A DNA stretch of 64,000 nt from Candidatus Multivoradales bacterium (GTDB lineage: Bacteria > Acidobacteriota > Thermoanaerobaculia > Multivoradales > J023), in assembly GCA_965248925.1 (NCBI GenBank), contig CBDFLE010000006.1, positions 448,001-512,000 of the forward strand. Direction: 5' to 3'. Under the pieces are notes generated by a model, which saw only the letters and a list, made by a program, of their open reading frames with translations, did no database searches and was not told where the DNA came from. A program made the position numbers and the translations under genes. Below are positions 49,352-58,872 of the stretch, one piece after another. How positions within the stretch are numbered: position 1 is the stretch's first letter; each line of letters begins with the position of its first letter.

Positions 49352-49993
49352 ATGATGCGAAACTGGAAACGGCATACTCGGCTTGTCGCTCTTTTCTGTG
49401 TCCTGCTCATTCTGGTGCCTGGACAAGCCAGTGCGGGACTGGGGATCTCCTTTGACCTCGTGTCAGTTGGTCCGTTTTCATTGGGGATCGGTATCCCGCT
49501 CAGAGGGGCATTGCCGCTGCTGGGAATCTTGGCAGCAGGAGCAGTTGTTGTCTCATTCTTTTCCGGAAGCGGACACCGCTCCTACAGCACCTCCTATCGC
49601 GGCGGGGAGTCTGTGACGGCTGTTCGCCAGACCATATCTGTGAGTCCGGATGATCATCTTCGGGGACGTTCACTCAGAATGAGACTCAGCGAATACCCAT
49701 GGTTTGAAGGAGAATGGTTCGAAGAAAGACGCATACCGCTTCCAGGCGCAGCGTATCTAGAGATTCAGGAGAACGGTCGGATGACGTTTAGGGAGTGCGG
49801 GTTTGAGGGATACGTCTACTGGCTCTACGATGGTTCCTTCACCGTTTGGGATGAGGCAGGCAAGCCAGTGTTGATACTGAAACCAAACTGGACGGCAGAA
49901 GGCAGCGATGAGCCATTCACCTTACTTCTTCTTGAGCAGTCAACTCGGAGTGCACAGGTCTTGAATTTGCTGTTCGGAAGGGAGGTCTCTTGA
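49352..49993 (+). CDS. hypothetical exported/membrane protein
   Basis: Signal peptide plus TM. Confidence 0.6.
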   Translation: MMRNWKRHTRLVALFCVLLILVPGQASAGLGISFDLVSVGPFSLGIGIPLRGALPLLGILAAGAVVVSFFSGSGHRSYSTSYRGGESVTAVRQTISVSPDDHLRGRSLRMRLSEYPWFEGEWFEERRIPLPGAAYLEIQENGRMTFRECGFEGYVYWLYDGSFTVWDEAGKPVLILKPNWTAEGSDEPFTLLLLEQSTRSAQVLNLLFGREVS

Positions 49994-50655
49994 TGAAAAC
50001 GATAGCGCAGACTCTAATACTCCTGGCACTTTCCCCGGCAGTCGTCGCGGCGGAGCAGGCGACTACTCCTACTGAGGCTGAACTGCCCTGTAAAAAGCGG
50101 ATCATTGCTGTCTGTTCAGAGACCGAGCAAGGGTCGCCGATCTGCGAGATAATCCGCTCGAAGCGTGAACTTACTCCAGCGAAGTTCAGTGACTTCCTTC
50201 GACATGTCGGTAGCCTCAGCGACGAACAAACAAGAGAGGATCTTTCCTGTGCGAGGCTCATGGGTGTGCAGGAATTCACTGACTTTCCGCTTTCTCACGA
50301 ATACCACCCTTCACCCAACGACGACCATATCGATCTACGCGTAAGATACTCAGACGAGTACATGGACAAGTTCTTCAGCAATATTCGCGAGCTAGACAAT
50401 GTTGGCATGTCAAGGTATCGCCCGAAGTGGGCCGGTGGAAGAGCCTCTTTCAAAGGATTTATTAGCAAGGTAGAGTTTCGGGACGCAGGATATTTATTCT
50501 ATCAGGCGGTAATACATGTTGACATCCTGAGTGTAGACTCCATCTCCATGGATATCCATGGCAGCTCGAAAGAAGCCGTGACGGGAAGCTCCCGAGAGTG
50601 GGCGCGAATTACCAGTGAGTCACTGAAGAAGGCGTACCAGGAACTGATGAACTGA
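49990..50655 (+). CDS. hypothetical secreted protein
   Basis: GGAGG RBS, signal peptide. Confidence 0.65.
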   Translation: MMKTIAQTLILLALSPAVVAAEQATTPTEAELPCKKRIIAVCSETEQGSPICEIIRSKRELTPAKFSDFLRHVGSLSDEQTREDLSCARLMGVQEFTDFPLSHEYHPSPNDDHIDLRVRYSDEYMDKFFSNIRELDNVGMSRYRPKWAGGRASFKGFISKVEFRDAGYLFYQAVIHVDILSVDSISMDIHGSSKEAVTGSSREWARITSESLKKAYQELMN

Positions 50656-51183
50656 AGAATCTACGACGGCGGCAGTCTCCTCGCCAACGCCCTCCCTGCC
50701 CCCATGGCATTGGTCCAAATCGGATCAAACACCAGATTCCGCTCCTTCACTGCTTCGATGGTGGTGATCGCCGCCAACTCGAACCCCAGCTTCTCCGAGA
50801 GTGCTCGAACCAGCGTAGCAGCTCGCCGGTCGTCGGTGGTCACGAGCAGAACGCGGAAGTCGCGCATGTCCCCATAGCGCTGCCAGAGAAATCGCGACGA
50901 ATCGTTGGGGTGTTAGCGGCTACGGGAAAGCGTACGTAGTTGGTGTAGAGCGCAGACCAGCACCATTCTCTAGATCCCGCCCAACGGAATCATCATCCCC
51001 GCCGCAGGCGGGTCCGTGATCTTGCAGAATAGGGCTGTGGACGGAAGAGACGAAGGTCCAGGGGCAATTTGACTAGGCGGTCGAAACCCCTGGACCTCCC
51101 CAAGAAGCGCGACCGATAGGCCGGCTCGCGCTAAGTATCTTCGGAAATCATCGTCTCGTCTACCCTCTGTCCAGCTGGAGACG

Positions 51184-51606
51184 GTGCGCGAGGACTACCG
51201 GTGGTATTTCTGTGCTGGGTGTCGAGCCTCGGTCGAGATCTGCTCGCACTGTGACCGGGGGCAGATTTACTGTGGCCAGGAGTGCTCCAGCGCCGCCCGC
51301 CGCGAGTCCTTGCGAGTTGCTGGTTGGCGCTACTGCCAGACCCCTCAAGGTCGCCGAAATCAGGCCGAGCGGCAGGCCCGATGGCGTCAGCGCCAGCAGG
51401 CCGAAGCGCAGAAAGTAACGCATCAGGGTACCCCACCCCCAGAGCCCCCAGTCATCCTCACTACGCCACCCCCGAGTGGGTCCAAGGACCGCCTTGCCCC
51501 GCTCGGCGAGCCGCGATGCTGCTTCTGTGGCGTTCTCTGCCGTCCATTCGTCCGTCTGGATCCCCTCAGACGACGACGGCGGCGCAAACGGAGAGATCGA
51601 AGATGA
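51184..51606 (+). CDS. Cys-rich zinc-finger-like protein upstream of istA
   Basis: CAGC..CSHCDRGQIYC..C, RQARWR, VTHQG, CCFC; ATGA-coupled to istA. Confidence 0.7.
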   Translation: MREDYRWYFCAGCRASVEICSHCDRGQIYCGQECSSAARRESLRVAGWRYCQTPQGRRNQAERQARWRQRQQAEAQKVTHQGTPPPEPPVILTTPPPSGSKDRLAPLGEPRCCFCGVLCRPFVRLDPLRRRRRRKRRDRR

Positions 51607-53102
51607 TTTCAGAAGAGAAGAAACAGGAGATCCTGCGCTACCACTTCGTGGAGAAATGGCGGCCGGGCACGATCAGCCGGCAGCTCGGAGTTCACTACGA
51701 GACGGTGCAGCGAGCCCTGCGGGATGCCGGGGCGCCGACGGCGATTTCGACCCGCAGCTCGATAGTTGATCCTTACCAGCCCTTCATGCACCAGACCTTG
51801 GAGAAGTTCCCGAGCCTCCCGGCGAGTCGGCTCTACCAGATGGTCAAGGAGCGCGGCTACTCAGGAGGTGAGGATCATTTCCGTCACCTGGTGGCTCGAA
51901 TAAGACCTCGTCGCAAGGCTGAGGCTTACCTGCGCCTGACCACCTTGGCTGGCGAGCAAGGGCAAGTGGATTGGGGCCATTTCGGCTCTATCAAGGTGGG
52001 AGGCGCGGAGCACAGCCTGATGGGCTTCGTTCTGGTAGCGAGCTACTCGCGTCGGATCTTCCTCCGGTTCTTCCTCAACGCGCGGATGGAGAATTTTCTG
52101 CGCGGTCATGTGGCCACCTTCGAGAGATGGCAAGGTGTCTTCAAGATCTTGCTCTACGACAATCTGAAAAGTGTGGTGCTCGAACGCCGGGGCGAGGCGA
52201 TTCGCTACAACCCCAAGTTCCAGGAATTTGCCGGCCACTACCGATTCGAGCCACGGCCAGTAGCGATCGCTCGGGGCAACGAGAAAGGACGTGTAGAGCG
52301 CGCCATTCGCTATATCCGAACTTCGTTCTTCGCCGGTCGGGAGTTCAAGGATCTCGACGATTTGAATCGTCAAGCCGAGGCATGGTGTGAGGGCTGGGCA
52401 GATCGTCGGAAATGGCATCAGGACCCCAGCAGAACGGTCAGCGAAGCCTTCGAGGACGAGAGGTCCTACCTGATCGAGCTGCCCACCGAGCCGTTTCGGA
52501 CCGAGGAGCGCGGCGAGGCTCACATTGGCAAGACGCCGTATGCACGCTTTGATCGCAACGATTACTCGGTGCCGTTCGATCGGGTGCGCCGCACTCTGAC
52601 GGTGCGCGCCAGCCTCTTAGAGGTACGCATCTTCGACGGTCACAAGGTCGTGGCGTGCCATCCCAGATCCTTCGATCGCAGCCAGCAGATCGAGAACCCC
52701 GAGCATATCCAGGAGCTTGTCGATCACAAACACCGGGCGAAGAAACATCGGGGGCTCGATCGTCTCAGGCGCGCGGCTCCAAGGTGCGAGGCGCTGTTGC
52801 AGCGACTCGCCGAGAGAGGGCTGCCTCTGGGAACCGCTACCGCAGCACTCCTGCGTTTGCTCGACCACTACGGCACCGAGGCTCTCACCTCGGCCGTCGA
52901 AGAGGCGCTCGGCAACCACTCCTGCGACGTCCAGGCCGTTCGCCTGGTGCTCGAGCGCCGTGAGCGCGAGCGTCAGGCCACGCCGATGCTTCCTCTCCGC
53001 CTACCCAAAGATCCCAGAATCCGGGATCTCGACGTGCGCCCTCATGATCTCAACGACTACGACCGTCTCAGCCGCCAGGAGGATCCTCATGACGACGACT
53101 GA
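51603..53102 (+). CDS. istA: IS21 transposase IstA
   Basis: HTH, GEQGQVDWG, YDNLKS, EKGRVER, NDYSVP. Confidence 0.95.
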   Translation: MISEEKKQEILRYHFVEKWRPGTISRQLGVHYETVQRALRDAGAPTAISTRSSIVDPYQPFMHQTLEKFPSLPASRLYQMVKERGYSGGEDHFRHLVARIRPRRKAEAYLRLTTLAGEQGQVDWGHFGSIKVGGAEHSLMGFVLVASYSRRIFLRFFLNARMENFLRGHVATFERWQGVFKILLYDNLKSVVLERRGEAIRYNPKFQEFAGHYRFEPRPVAIARGNEKGRVERAIRYIRTSFFAGREFKDLDDLNRQAEAWCEGWADRRKWHQDPSRTVSEAFEDERSYLIELPTEPFRTEERGEAHIGKTPYARFDRNDYSVPFDRVRRTLTVRASLLEVRIFDGHKVVACHPRSFDRSQQIENPEHIQELVDHKHRAKKHRGLDRLRRAAPRCEALLQRLAERGLPLGTATAALLRLLDHYGTEALTSAVEEALGNHSCDVQAVRLVLERRERERQATPMLPLRLPKDPRIRDLDVRPHDLNDYDRLSRQEDPHDDD

Positions 53103-53853
53103 AGATCTGCTCATCCGGGCCAAGAAGCTCGGGCTGCACGGTCTGGTCGAAGATTGGAGTCAACTTCAGAACCAGCCTTGGGTGCTGCCTTTGATCGACC
53201 GAGAGGAGATAGTGCGACACCAGAGGAGCCTCGAGAGGCGAATCCGCAACGCACACATCGGCACCTTCAAGCCGATGGCCGACTTCGACTACAAGTGGCC
53301 ACGAAAGATCGATCGCCTGATGGTGGAAGACCTCTTCAACTTCCAATGGCTCGAAGAAGGAGCCAACGTCATCCTCTTCGGTCCCAACGGCGTCGGCAAG
53401 TCGATGATCGTTCAGAATCTCACCTACCAGGCCTTGTTGCGTGGCGCCACCGGACGCATGCTCACCGCCAGCGAACTGCTCAACGACCTCGCGGCACAAG
53501 AGAGTTCCAGGGCTCTGCAGCGGCGCCTGGCCCTCTACACCCGGCCCGATCTGCTGGCCATTGACGAGCTAGGCTACCTGTCCTACGACCATCGCCACGC
53601 CGACCTCCTCTTCGAGGTGGTAAGCCGGAGGTATCAGAAGAAATCTATTCTGCTGACCACCAACAAACCCTTCTCCGAGTGGCAGAGCGTCTTCGCCTCG
53701 GCCACCTGCGTGGTCACCCTTGTCGATCGGCTCGTACATCACGCCGAGATCGTCACCATCGAAGGCGACTCCTATCGGCGCAAAGAAGCAGAAGAGGAAA
53801 AGAAACGGCGAGCACAAGACCGCGCGCGGCGGCGAAAGGCGAAGGTGTCATGA
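53089..53853 (+). CDS. istB: IS21 helper ATPase IstB
   Basis: GPNGVGKS, IDELGY, TTNKPF.EW, DRLVHH, GDSYR. Confidence 0.95.
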   Translation: MTTTEDLLIRAKKLGLHGLVEDWSQLQNQPWVLPLIDREEIVRHQRSLERRIRNAHIGTFKPMADFDYKWPRKIDRLMVEDLFNFQWLEEGANVILFGPNGVGKSMIVQNLTYQALLRGATGRMLTASELLNDLAAQESSRALQRRLALYTRPDLLAIDELGYLSYDHRHADLLFEVVSRRYQKKSILLTTNKPFSEWQSVFASATCVVTLVDRLVHHAEIVTIEGDSYRRKEAEEEKKRRAQDRARRRKAKVS

Positions 53854-54191
53854 GCAAGTGCGACTACGTCCAGGCGATTCTCAGAGCTTACCTTGAGCAG
53901 CAGGAGACCCCTGCTCAGGCAAGACCCACTGACCGCGTACTCGCTCTTGATCTCTACCAGCAGCAAGTCTCCATCGATCAGATCAGAGCAGCCATTCTCC
54001 TCGCAGCCGGTCGACGAATCCAGCGATCTCCAGAGGCACCCAAGCTAGCCAAGATCCGATCCCTCGCCTACTTTGCGCCGGTGATTCGAGAACTCGATGG
54101 CCTTGAAGACATCGAGGGGTATCTCAAGTATCTCCAAAGCACCGCTCGGCGCGAGCAGGGGCTGCACACCGGCTCGGATTACACCGAATAG
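53850..54191 (+). CDS. hypothetical passenger protein downstream of istB
   Basis: ATGA-coupled; YL..ETP...R..D, AILLA..RR, IRSLAYF.PVI.E. Confidence 0.7.
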   Translation: MSKCDYVQAILRAYLEQQETPAQARPTDRVLALDLYQQQVSIDQIRAAILLAAGRRIQRSPEAPKLAKIRSLAYFAPVIRELDGLEDIEGYLKYLQSTARREQGLHTGSDYTE

Positions 54192-55021
54192 ATACGTTCT
54201 TGCTCAGCCGCTAACATGGGGTCGAGGTACTCCGCGTAGTGGTGGTAGGCACGGAGCTTCTCGGCGACCTCGCGTGGACTCTCCGACCCGCGATCAGCCT
54301 CGAGGCAGTAGAGGCGGCTTACCGGACTTCCCATTGAATTCTGGTTCAGTGCGAAAACGAGATCCGGTCGGATGCGGAGCGGCTTGTCGAAGCCAGCGAC
54401 GTCCAGATTCTCTTGGCTCACAAATCGCTCGACGTGCTTCTTCTGGCGGACATCACCAACGGCATGCGTATGGTAGAAGGGCATCCCGAGAGGCGGTAAA
54501 TCGACGAGCTGGATCGCGCTCTTTCTGATGGACTCGGCGACAGTCACGGCGCACTCGCTGACCATGAGCGCGTGGTGGATCTGGCGAAGGGATTGGGCAC
54601 TACCGGCAGGGCGATAGAGCCGTTGTTGTTCGATACCGTAGCGATCACGAAGCGCCGGAAGGGCGGGCTCGTCCAGGAAGTAGATCCGCTCCCGTGTTTC
54701 CAGCAGAGTGTCGCCGGTGATGTACCCCTTCTGCCAGAGTCGCCGTAGGCGCTTGCGGACGTTGTGCAGCGACGAAACGCGGTCTTCTTCCGGCTGGTAG
54801 TAGCCAGCTCTGCGCAGCTGACCGAGGGTGAGAACGCGCAGCATCCAGAGCCAGCGGAACAGCTCGTGATCCGTATCGGTGAGGACCAGCCCTGGTGGTC
54901 TTCGGCTTCCTGATGAGGTGTGGTTTTCCATCGTCGTGCGTACATCCCTGGGGAATCGTTACCAGGCGGCGCTCGCCGATGGCCGATGCGGAGCAAGCTC
55001 CAACTTCGGCGTCCTTCGATG

Positions 55022-55258
55022 CTACTCATGACCGGGATCCGAGGTCGAGGAACGAAGGAGACTCTCGACCCAACTCTCCAGATCTTCTGGTCGGTAGCGC
55101 ACTGCCCGTGCCGATATTTTGACATACCTCGGGCCTCGACCCTGGTATCTCCATGCCTGCAATGCGCGGCGCGTAAGGTTCAGATAGGCAGCGGCATCAA
55201 CCTCTGTCAGGAGGGGGGATCTCGCGGTCAGTTTCCTGGTCTGGCTGTGTCTGTTCAT
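55022..55258 (-). CDS. excisionase-like helix-turn-helix protein
   Basis: LLTEVDAAAYL..TRRALQAWR.QGRGP.YVKI..AVRY. Confidence 0.9.
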   Translation of the reverse strand: MNRHSQTRKLTARSPLLTEVDAAAYLNLTRRALQAWRYQGRGPRYVKISARAVRYRPEDLESWVESLLRSSTSDPGHE

Positions 55259-55676
55259 GGCTCTGTTGCTCCCTTCATGGCGTGTCTTCCAGATCGTTCG
55301 GCATCGTTGCTCGGCTCCAGAAAACCCTACCGAGGAAGCGCACTCCTGACAATTTACCCGTCGATCCCACCCGCATTCTGGGCGGGGTCATCGGGTAGGG
55401 GGAGCGGGTACTCACTATCGGAGTAAGCCGTTTGTTTGCTTCATCTTAAGAATCTCAAGATTCTTCTCTAGACACACCGCCGATGCGCAGCAGAATACGG
55501 ATTCCATTAAACGAGCTGAAAATGGCGCTCGCAAGATTCACCAAATCGAGGCGGTCCGCCGCGTCAGCGTCAGGATGGTGGCCGGTGGGGAGGACGGTGG
55601 ATTCAGTCAGCAGCTGTGAGCGCGAGCAAGAAAAAAGGCCCCACTCCGCACGAGTGCGAGGCAGGGCCAGATCTCG

Positions 55677-56351
55677 CTAGAGCCGCGCCAGTCGCCGAGA
55701 AGCGATGAGGTGGTACTCCTCGTCGAGTTCGATCCCGACGAAATGCCGACCGTGGCGTACAGCCGCTTCACCGGTGGAACCCGAGCCCATAAACGGATCA
55801 AGGACAACTTCCCCAGGATTCGAGAACGCCTCGATCAGAGGCTCCAGTGCCGTCAACGGCTTCTGAGTCGGATGGAGCTTGTTGCCGCTGTAGCTCCACG
55901 GCAGCACGTCGTTCAGCAGGACGTTCGGTCGCATCAGTTTTGCGGACTTCCCTGAAAACCCTGAAGATCCCGAAGAGCCTTTCGTCAAGAGGTAGGCGCA
56001 TTCATGCGTCGAGCGCACCAGCTTCCGCGCCGAAGCGTAGCCCTTGTGCCAGACGAAATGCGCGACCGGATACAGACCGGCGCTCTTCCAGGCTTCCAAG
56101 AAGAGGTCTGCCTTGTTCCAGCCGTAGAAACTGACGCAGTAGCGCCCGGACTTCAAGACGCGAGCGATCTCCTTGAAGGCAGGCGCCAGCCAGTCGGACT
56201 GGCGGTCATTGGCGATCTGGCGGCCATCGCGTGAGCGGTAATTCACCAGATAGGGCGGATCGGTGAGAACGAAATCGACCCGCTCGGCAGGAGCATTCCT
56301 GAGGATGTCGATGCAGTTGCCGTTGATGAGTTTGATTCGCAGTGGATTCAT
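55677..56351 (-). CDS. orphan N4/N6 DNA methyltransferase (beta class, plasmid type)
   Basis: TDPPY, HPTQKP, VLDPFMGSGST, GIELD. Confidence 0.93.
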   Translation of the reverse strand: MNPLRIKLINGNCIDILRNAPAERVDFVLTDPPYLVNYRSRDGRQIANDRQSDWLAPAFKEIARVLKSGRYCVSFYGWNKADLFLEAWKSAGLYPVAHFVWHKGYASARKLVRSTHECAYLLTKGSSGSSGFSGKSAKLMRPNVLLNDVLPWSYSGNKLHPTQKPLTALEPLIEAFSNPGEVVLDPFMGSGSTGEAAVRHGRHFVGIELDEEYHLIASRRLARL

Positions 56352-56412
56352 AGGAGTGAAGAAAAAAAAGAGAGCCGATGACCGGAACCATCGACTCTTT
56401 GCTCTTGGAGGA

Positions 56413-56727
56413 TCAGATACTCAAGAGTCTGTCGCACCGAGGACACTCTCCTGCGGTGATCAACAGGGGACGCCATTGCCGACAGCACGACCAGTAGATG
56501 TACGATCGTCTGTCGCCGCCGTCTTCCCGCACAAGATCTTTAGGATCGAGATAGTCGCCACATGATGGGCACTGGATGTCAGTCACGTCAGTCTCGTCGT
56601 CATCGAGTTCGAGGCAATTGCAATCAATATGTCCGCAGCAATACGGGCAGTGCTCGCAATCGGATCCTTCCGGAAACCAGTATTCGGCTTGCAGCTGTTG
56701 GCAGTGTGGGCAGATGTAAGGGTTCAT
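56413..56727 (-). CDS. small Cys-rich zinc-ribbon protein (104 aa)
   Basis: CPHC, CEHCPYCC, CNC, CPSC, CC, CPRC. Confidence 0.7.
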   Translation of the reverse strand: MNPYICPHCQQLQAEYWFPEGSDCEHCPYCCGHIDCNCLELDDDETDVTDIQCPSCGDYLDPKDLVREDGGDRRSYIYWSCCRQWRPLLITAGECPRCDRLLSI

Positions 56728-56801
56728 AGGATGTGAAGAAAAAAAGAGAGCCCGATGCCGAGAAGACACCAGGCTCCGCTTCGGAAGATCACCGGTCGGA
56801 A

Positions 56802-56990
56802 CTAGCCGCAGCATTTCGGATCGGCAGCCACGCCATCCAGTTGGGCAAGGTGACAGTCGCAGAGAAAACCGTAACAGTCTGGACACTGATACTCAGTGGT
56901 TGAGACTCCGAGGTAAGTACCGTCGGTAGTGACCGACGCATCGTCCTGCTCTTCCTTGCAATGTGGGCAGATGTAGGAATGAGAGTTCAT
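56802..56990 (-). CDS. small Cys-rich zinc-ribbon protein (62 aa)
   Basis: YICPHC, CPDC, CDC, CC; shares N-terminus with neighbour. Confidence 0.65.
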   Translation of the reverse strand: MNSHSYICPHCKEEQDDASVTTDGTYLGVSTTEYQCPDCYGFLCDCHLAQLDGVAADPKCCG

Positions 56991-57051
56991 AGGATGTGAA
57001 GAAAAAAAGAGAGCCCGATGCCGAGAAGACACCAGGCTCCGTTTCGGAGGA

Positions 57052-57264
57052 TCACCGATCTGGCAATGCCGCATTGTCGGTCCTGGGCTCCATCAGCACG
57101 AATCGTCCATCTGGTGGCAACAGATCTAGAGAAACCGAGAGACCCTTACCGCTCTTGGTTCTCCAAGCGGCGCCGATCTTGGTCCAGTACTCATCCTTCA
57201 CATGGAAGGCGTGGTAGACCGGAGTGTTCCGGGAAGACCGAGAAGACTCTTTTGCAGAAATCAT
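57052..57264 (-). CDS. small mobile-element protein with WTKIGAAW motif (putative nucleic-acid binding)
   Basis: WTKIGAAWRTKSGKGLSVSLDLLP.DGRFVLMEP. Confidence 0.75.
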   Translation of the reverse strand: MISAKESSRSSRNTPVYHAFHVKDEYWTKIGAAWRTKSGKGLSVSLDLLPPDGRFVLMEPRTDNAALPDR

Positions 57265-57730
57265 GGGAATTGGGGAAAAAGGAAAAAATGCCGACCGAGT
57301 CCAATCCATCGCTCGACGTCTCGATACCAGCCACAGGGGTCCGCGGGTCACGGAGGAGTCGCGGGCAGGGAGAGGAATAGCCTTGGTCGATGAAGACGCG
57401 GCGTGGCTTCGTTCCATGCTGCTAGAGAAAACATCGAAGCCGTGCCGGGACTTCACCCAAGGATCTGCTCGACTGCCCGCGAAGCTCCTTGACCCGCGGC
57501 GTATTCACCCCGGTGGCTACACTGAAGAGACCTGAGCGATCCCCCTCTCCCGTCCTCATCAGATCCCGACTGCCCGCAGTTACTCGCTGTCCCGGAGCAC
57601 AACTTCGCATTGTGCGAAGTTCACGGCGACAGCCGGAACTCCTTGCACAATGTCCGGTTGTGCCTGGGGCTACTGGCAGATGCGGGATGACCAGCTTGAC
57701 GCTGCCCAACGATCGTCTATCCTTCATGGC

Positions 57731-58003
57731 ATGAAGCGTCGCCACCGCACATTCCGAGTCCATGTCGAGCCCGAGCCAGCGGGTGGCTGCACGGTGACCG
57801 TGCCGGCTCTCCCCGGCTGCATCACCTGGGGCGAGTCCTACGACGATGCCGCGGAGAAAATCCGCGAGTGCATCGAAGGATTCCTCGAAGCCCTCACCAA
57901 GGCTGGTGATCCGATCCCGGCTGGCGAGCCGGTGGAGCCGCCACGGGATGCGCTGATCCAGGTGCCTCTCCCGAGTCGTGGCGAGGACAGGCTGCGATCC
58001 TGA
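57731..58003 (+). CDS. hicB: HicB family antitoxin (no hicA seen)
   Basis: GGCTVTVPALPGCITWGESYDDA..IRECI. Confidence 0.88.
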   Translation: MKRRHRTFRVHVEPEPAGGCTVTVPALPGCITWGESYDDAAEKIRECIEGFLEALTKAGDPIPAGEPVEPPRDALIQVPLPSRGEDRLRS

Positions 58004-58029
58004 CTCTCCCGAGTAGGACAGTCGGCGGC

Positions 58030-58335
58030 TCAGCGACGCCGCTTCCAGACTCTGGGGTGTCGAGCTTGGTGGACCACGGCAAGCACGTAGAGAACCTCGC
58101 CGCCGAGCTGTGGGCGAGTGTGGTAGAAGACCGCGTACGGGAATCGGTGCAGATTGGCCCTGCGAATGTCTCCGAGAGCGACAGGAAAGCCAGTCGGGAA
58201 ATCCACCATCTGCTCGAAGACCTGCTCCAACTCCCGCTGAAATCGGAGATCGAGATCAGAAGCGAGCTGGTCGGCGTACCACTCCCTAGTGGCGGCAACA
58301 TCCTTCTGTGCAGCCGAGCTGAGCTGGATTCGCAA
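58030..58335 (-). CDS. RelE/ParE family toxin
   Basis: AAQKDV..WY, RRANLHRFPYAVFY, VHQARHP..W. Confidence 0.88.
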   Translation of the reverse strand: MRIQLSSAAQKDVAATREWYADQLASDLDLRFQRELEQVFEQMVDFPTGFPVALGDIRRANLHRFPYAVFYHTRPQLGGEVLYVLAVVHQARHPRVWKRRR

Positions 58336-58338
58336 GCG

Positions 58339-58569
58339 TCACGAACCAGTTGGCCAGATTTCCGCCTTGACCTGCTCCCACGGCTTACCGGGATCATTCT
58401 TGCTCTCTTCGAGGCGCTGTTCGAGCAAGTCTCTCTGCCATTGCGGCAGAGAGATGGCGTCAGGATAGGCGTTGGGATCCGCTACGCTCGCCCACAGGTC
58501 TTCAGCAAGGGCAAGCCGTTCTGCCTCTGGGAGTTCGAGAGCTTGGGTCGTTACTTCGGTCTTGGTCAT
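58339..58569 (-). CDS. addiction-module antitoxin
   Basis: ALELPEAERLALAEDLWASV..LPQWQRDLLEQRL..PWEQVK. Confidence 0.88.
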   Translation of the reverse strand: MTKTEVTTQALELPEAERLALAEDLWASVADPNAYPDAISLPQWQRDLLEQRLEESKNDPGKPWEQVKAEIWPTGS

Positions 58570-58644
58570 AGCTTCAGTGTATTCCAGTGCGAAGGAAATG
58601 CAAGGCGGCTCCAATCGGCAAGACCGGAGCCGCCTTCATCGTTG

Positions 58645-58872
58645 TTAGGTCGACTCCTTCGGGAGCGTCCGGATCCGTAGCTCTCCGGGAGAGGTCTCGA
58701 CGACGAATCTACGCCCTACTTCGAAGCCCAGCTGCGACAGCCATTTACCGGAAAGCCGAAGACAGGGCCGCGCCACCTCTCCGCGGTAGAGATAATGCAC
58801 CTTGGCCGTCCTGCGGTTGTCCCCTTCGACAGACTGAAGAATTCCAGTACCGGAGGTCGGTTGCTGGCTCAT
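58645..58872 (-). CDS. SymE-like toxin
   Basis: PCLRLSGKWLSQLGFEVG..VETSPGELRI. Confidence 0.8.
   Translation of the reverse strand: MSQQPTSGTGILQSVEGDNRRTAKVHYLYRGEVARPCLRLSGKWLSQLGFEVGRRFVVETSPGELRIRTLPKEST

Larger units (their letters stand above)
50911..54216 (+). mobile_element. IS21 family element with two passenger ORFs
   Basis: Termini TGTTAGCGGCT / AGCCGCTAACA; 5-bp TSD TGGGG at 50906 and 54217. Confidence 0.93.
50661..54931 (-). pseudogene. replication-relaxation (Replic_Relax) relaxase split by IS21
   Basis: LTDTD..L..LRVLTLGQL, IHHAL, RPDLVF, LEADRGSE, KL.AY; removing the IS restores EYLDP-NDSSRFLWQRYGDMRDFRVLLVT. Confidence 0.85.
56352..57057 (-). repeat. three about 65-bp leader repeats (56352-56415, 56728-56794, 56991-57057), hairpin + U-tract before ATG
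   Basis: Minus-strand TGATC(C/T)TCC..GAGCCTGGTGTC-TTCTC-GGCATCGGGCTC-TCTTTTTTTCTTCACATCCT-ATG; copies 2 and 3 nearly identical. Confidence 0.9.

Noticed and set aside
56352-57057. CRISPR array
   Set aside because: Repeats are about 65 bp, separated by 200-310 bp protein-coding genes, and no cas genes are present
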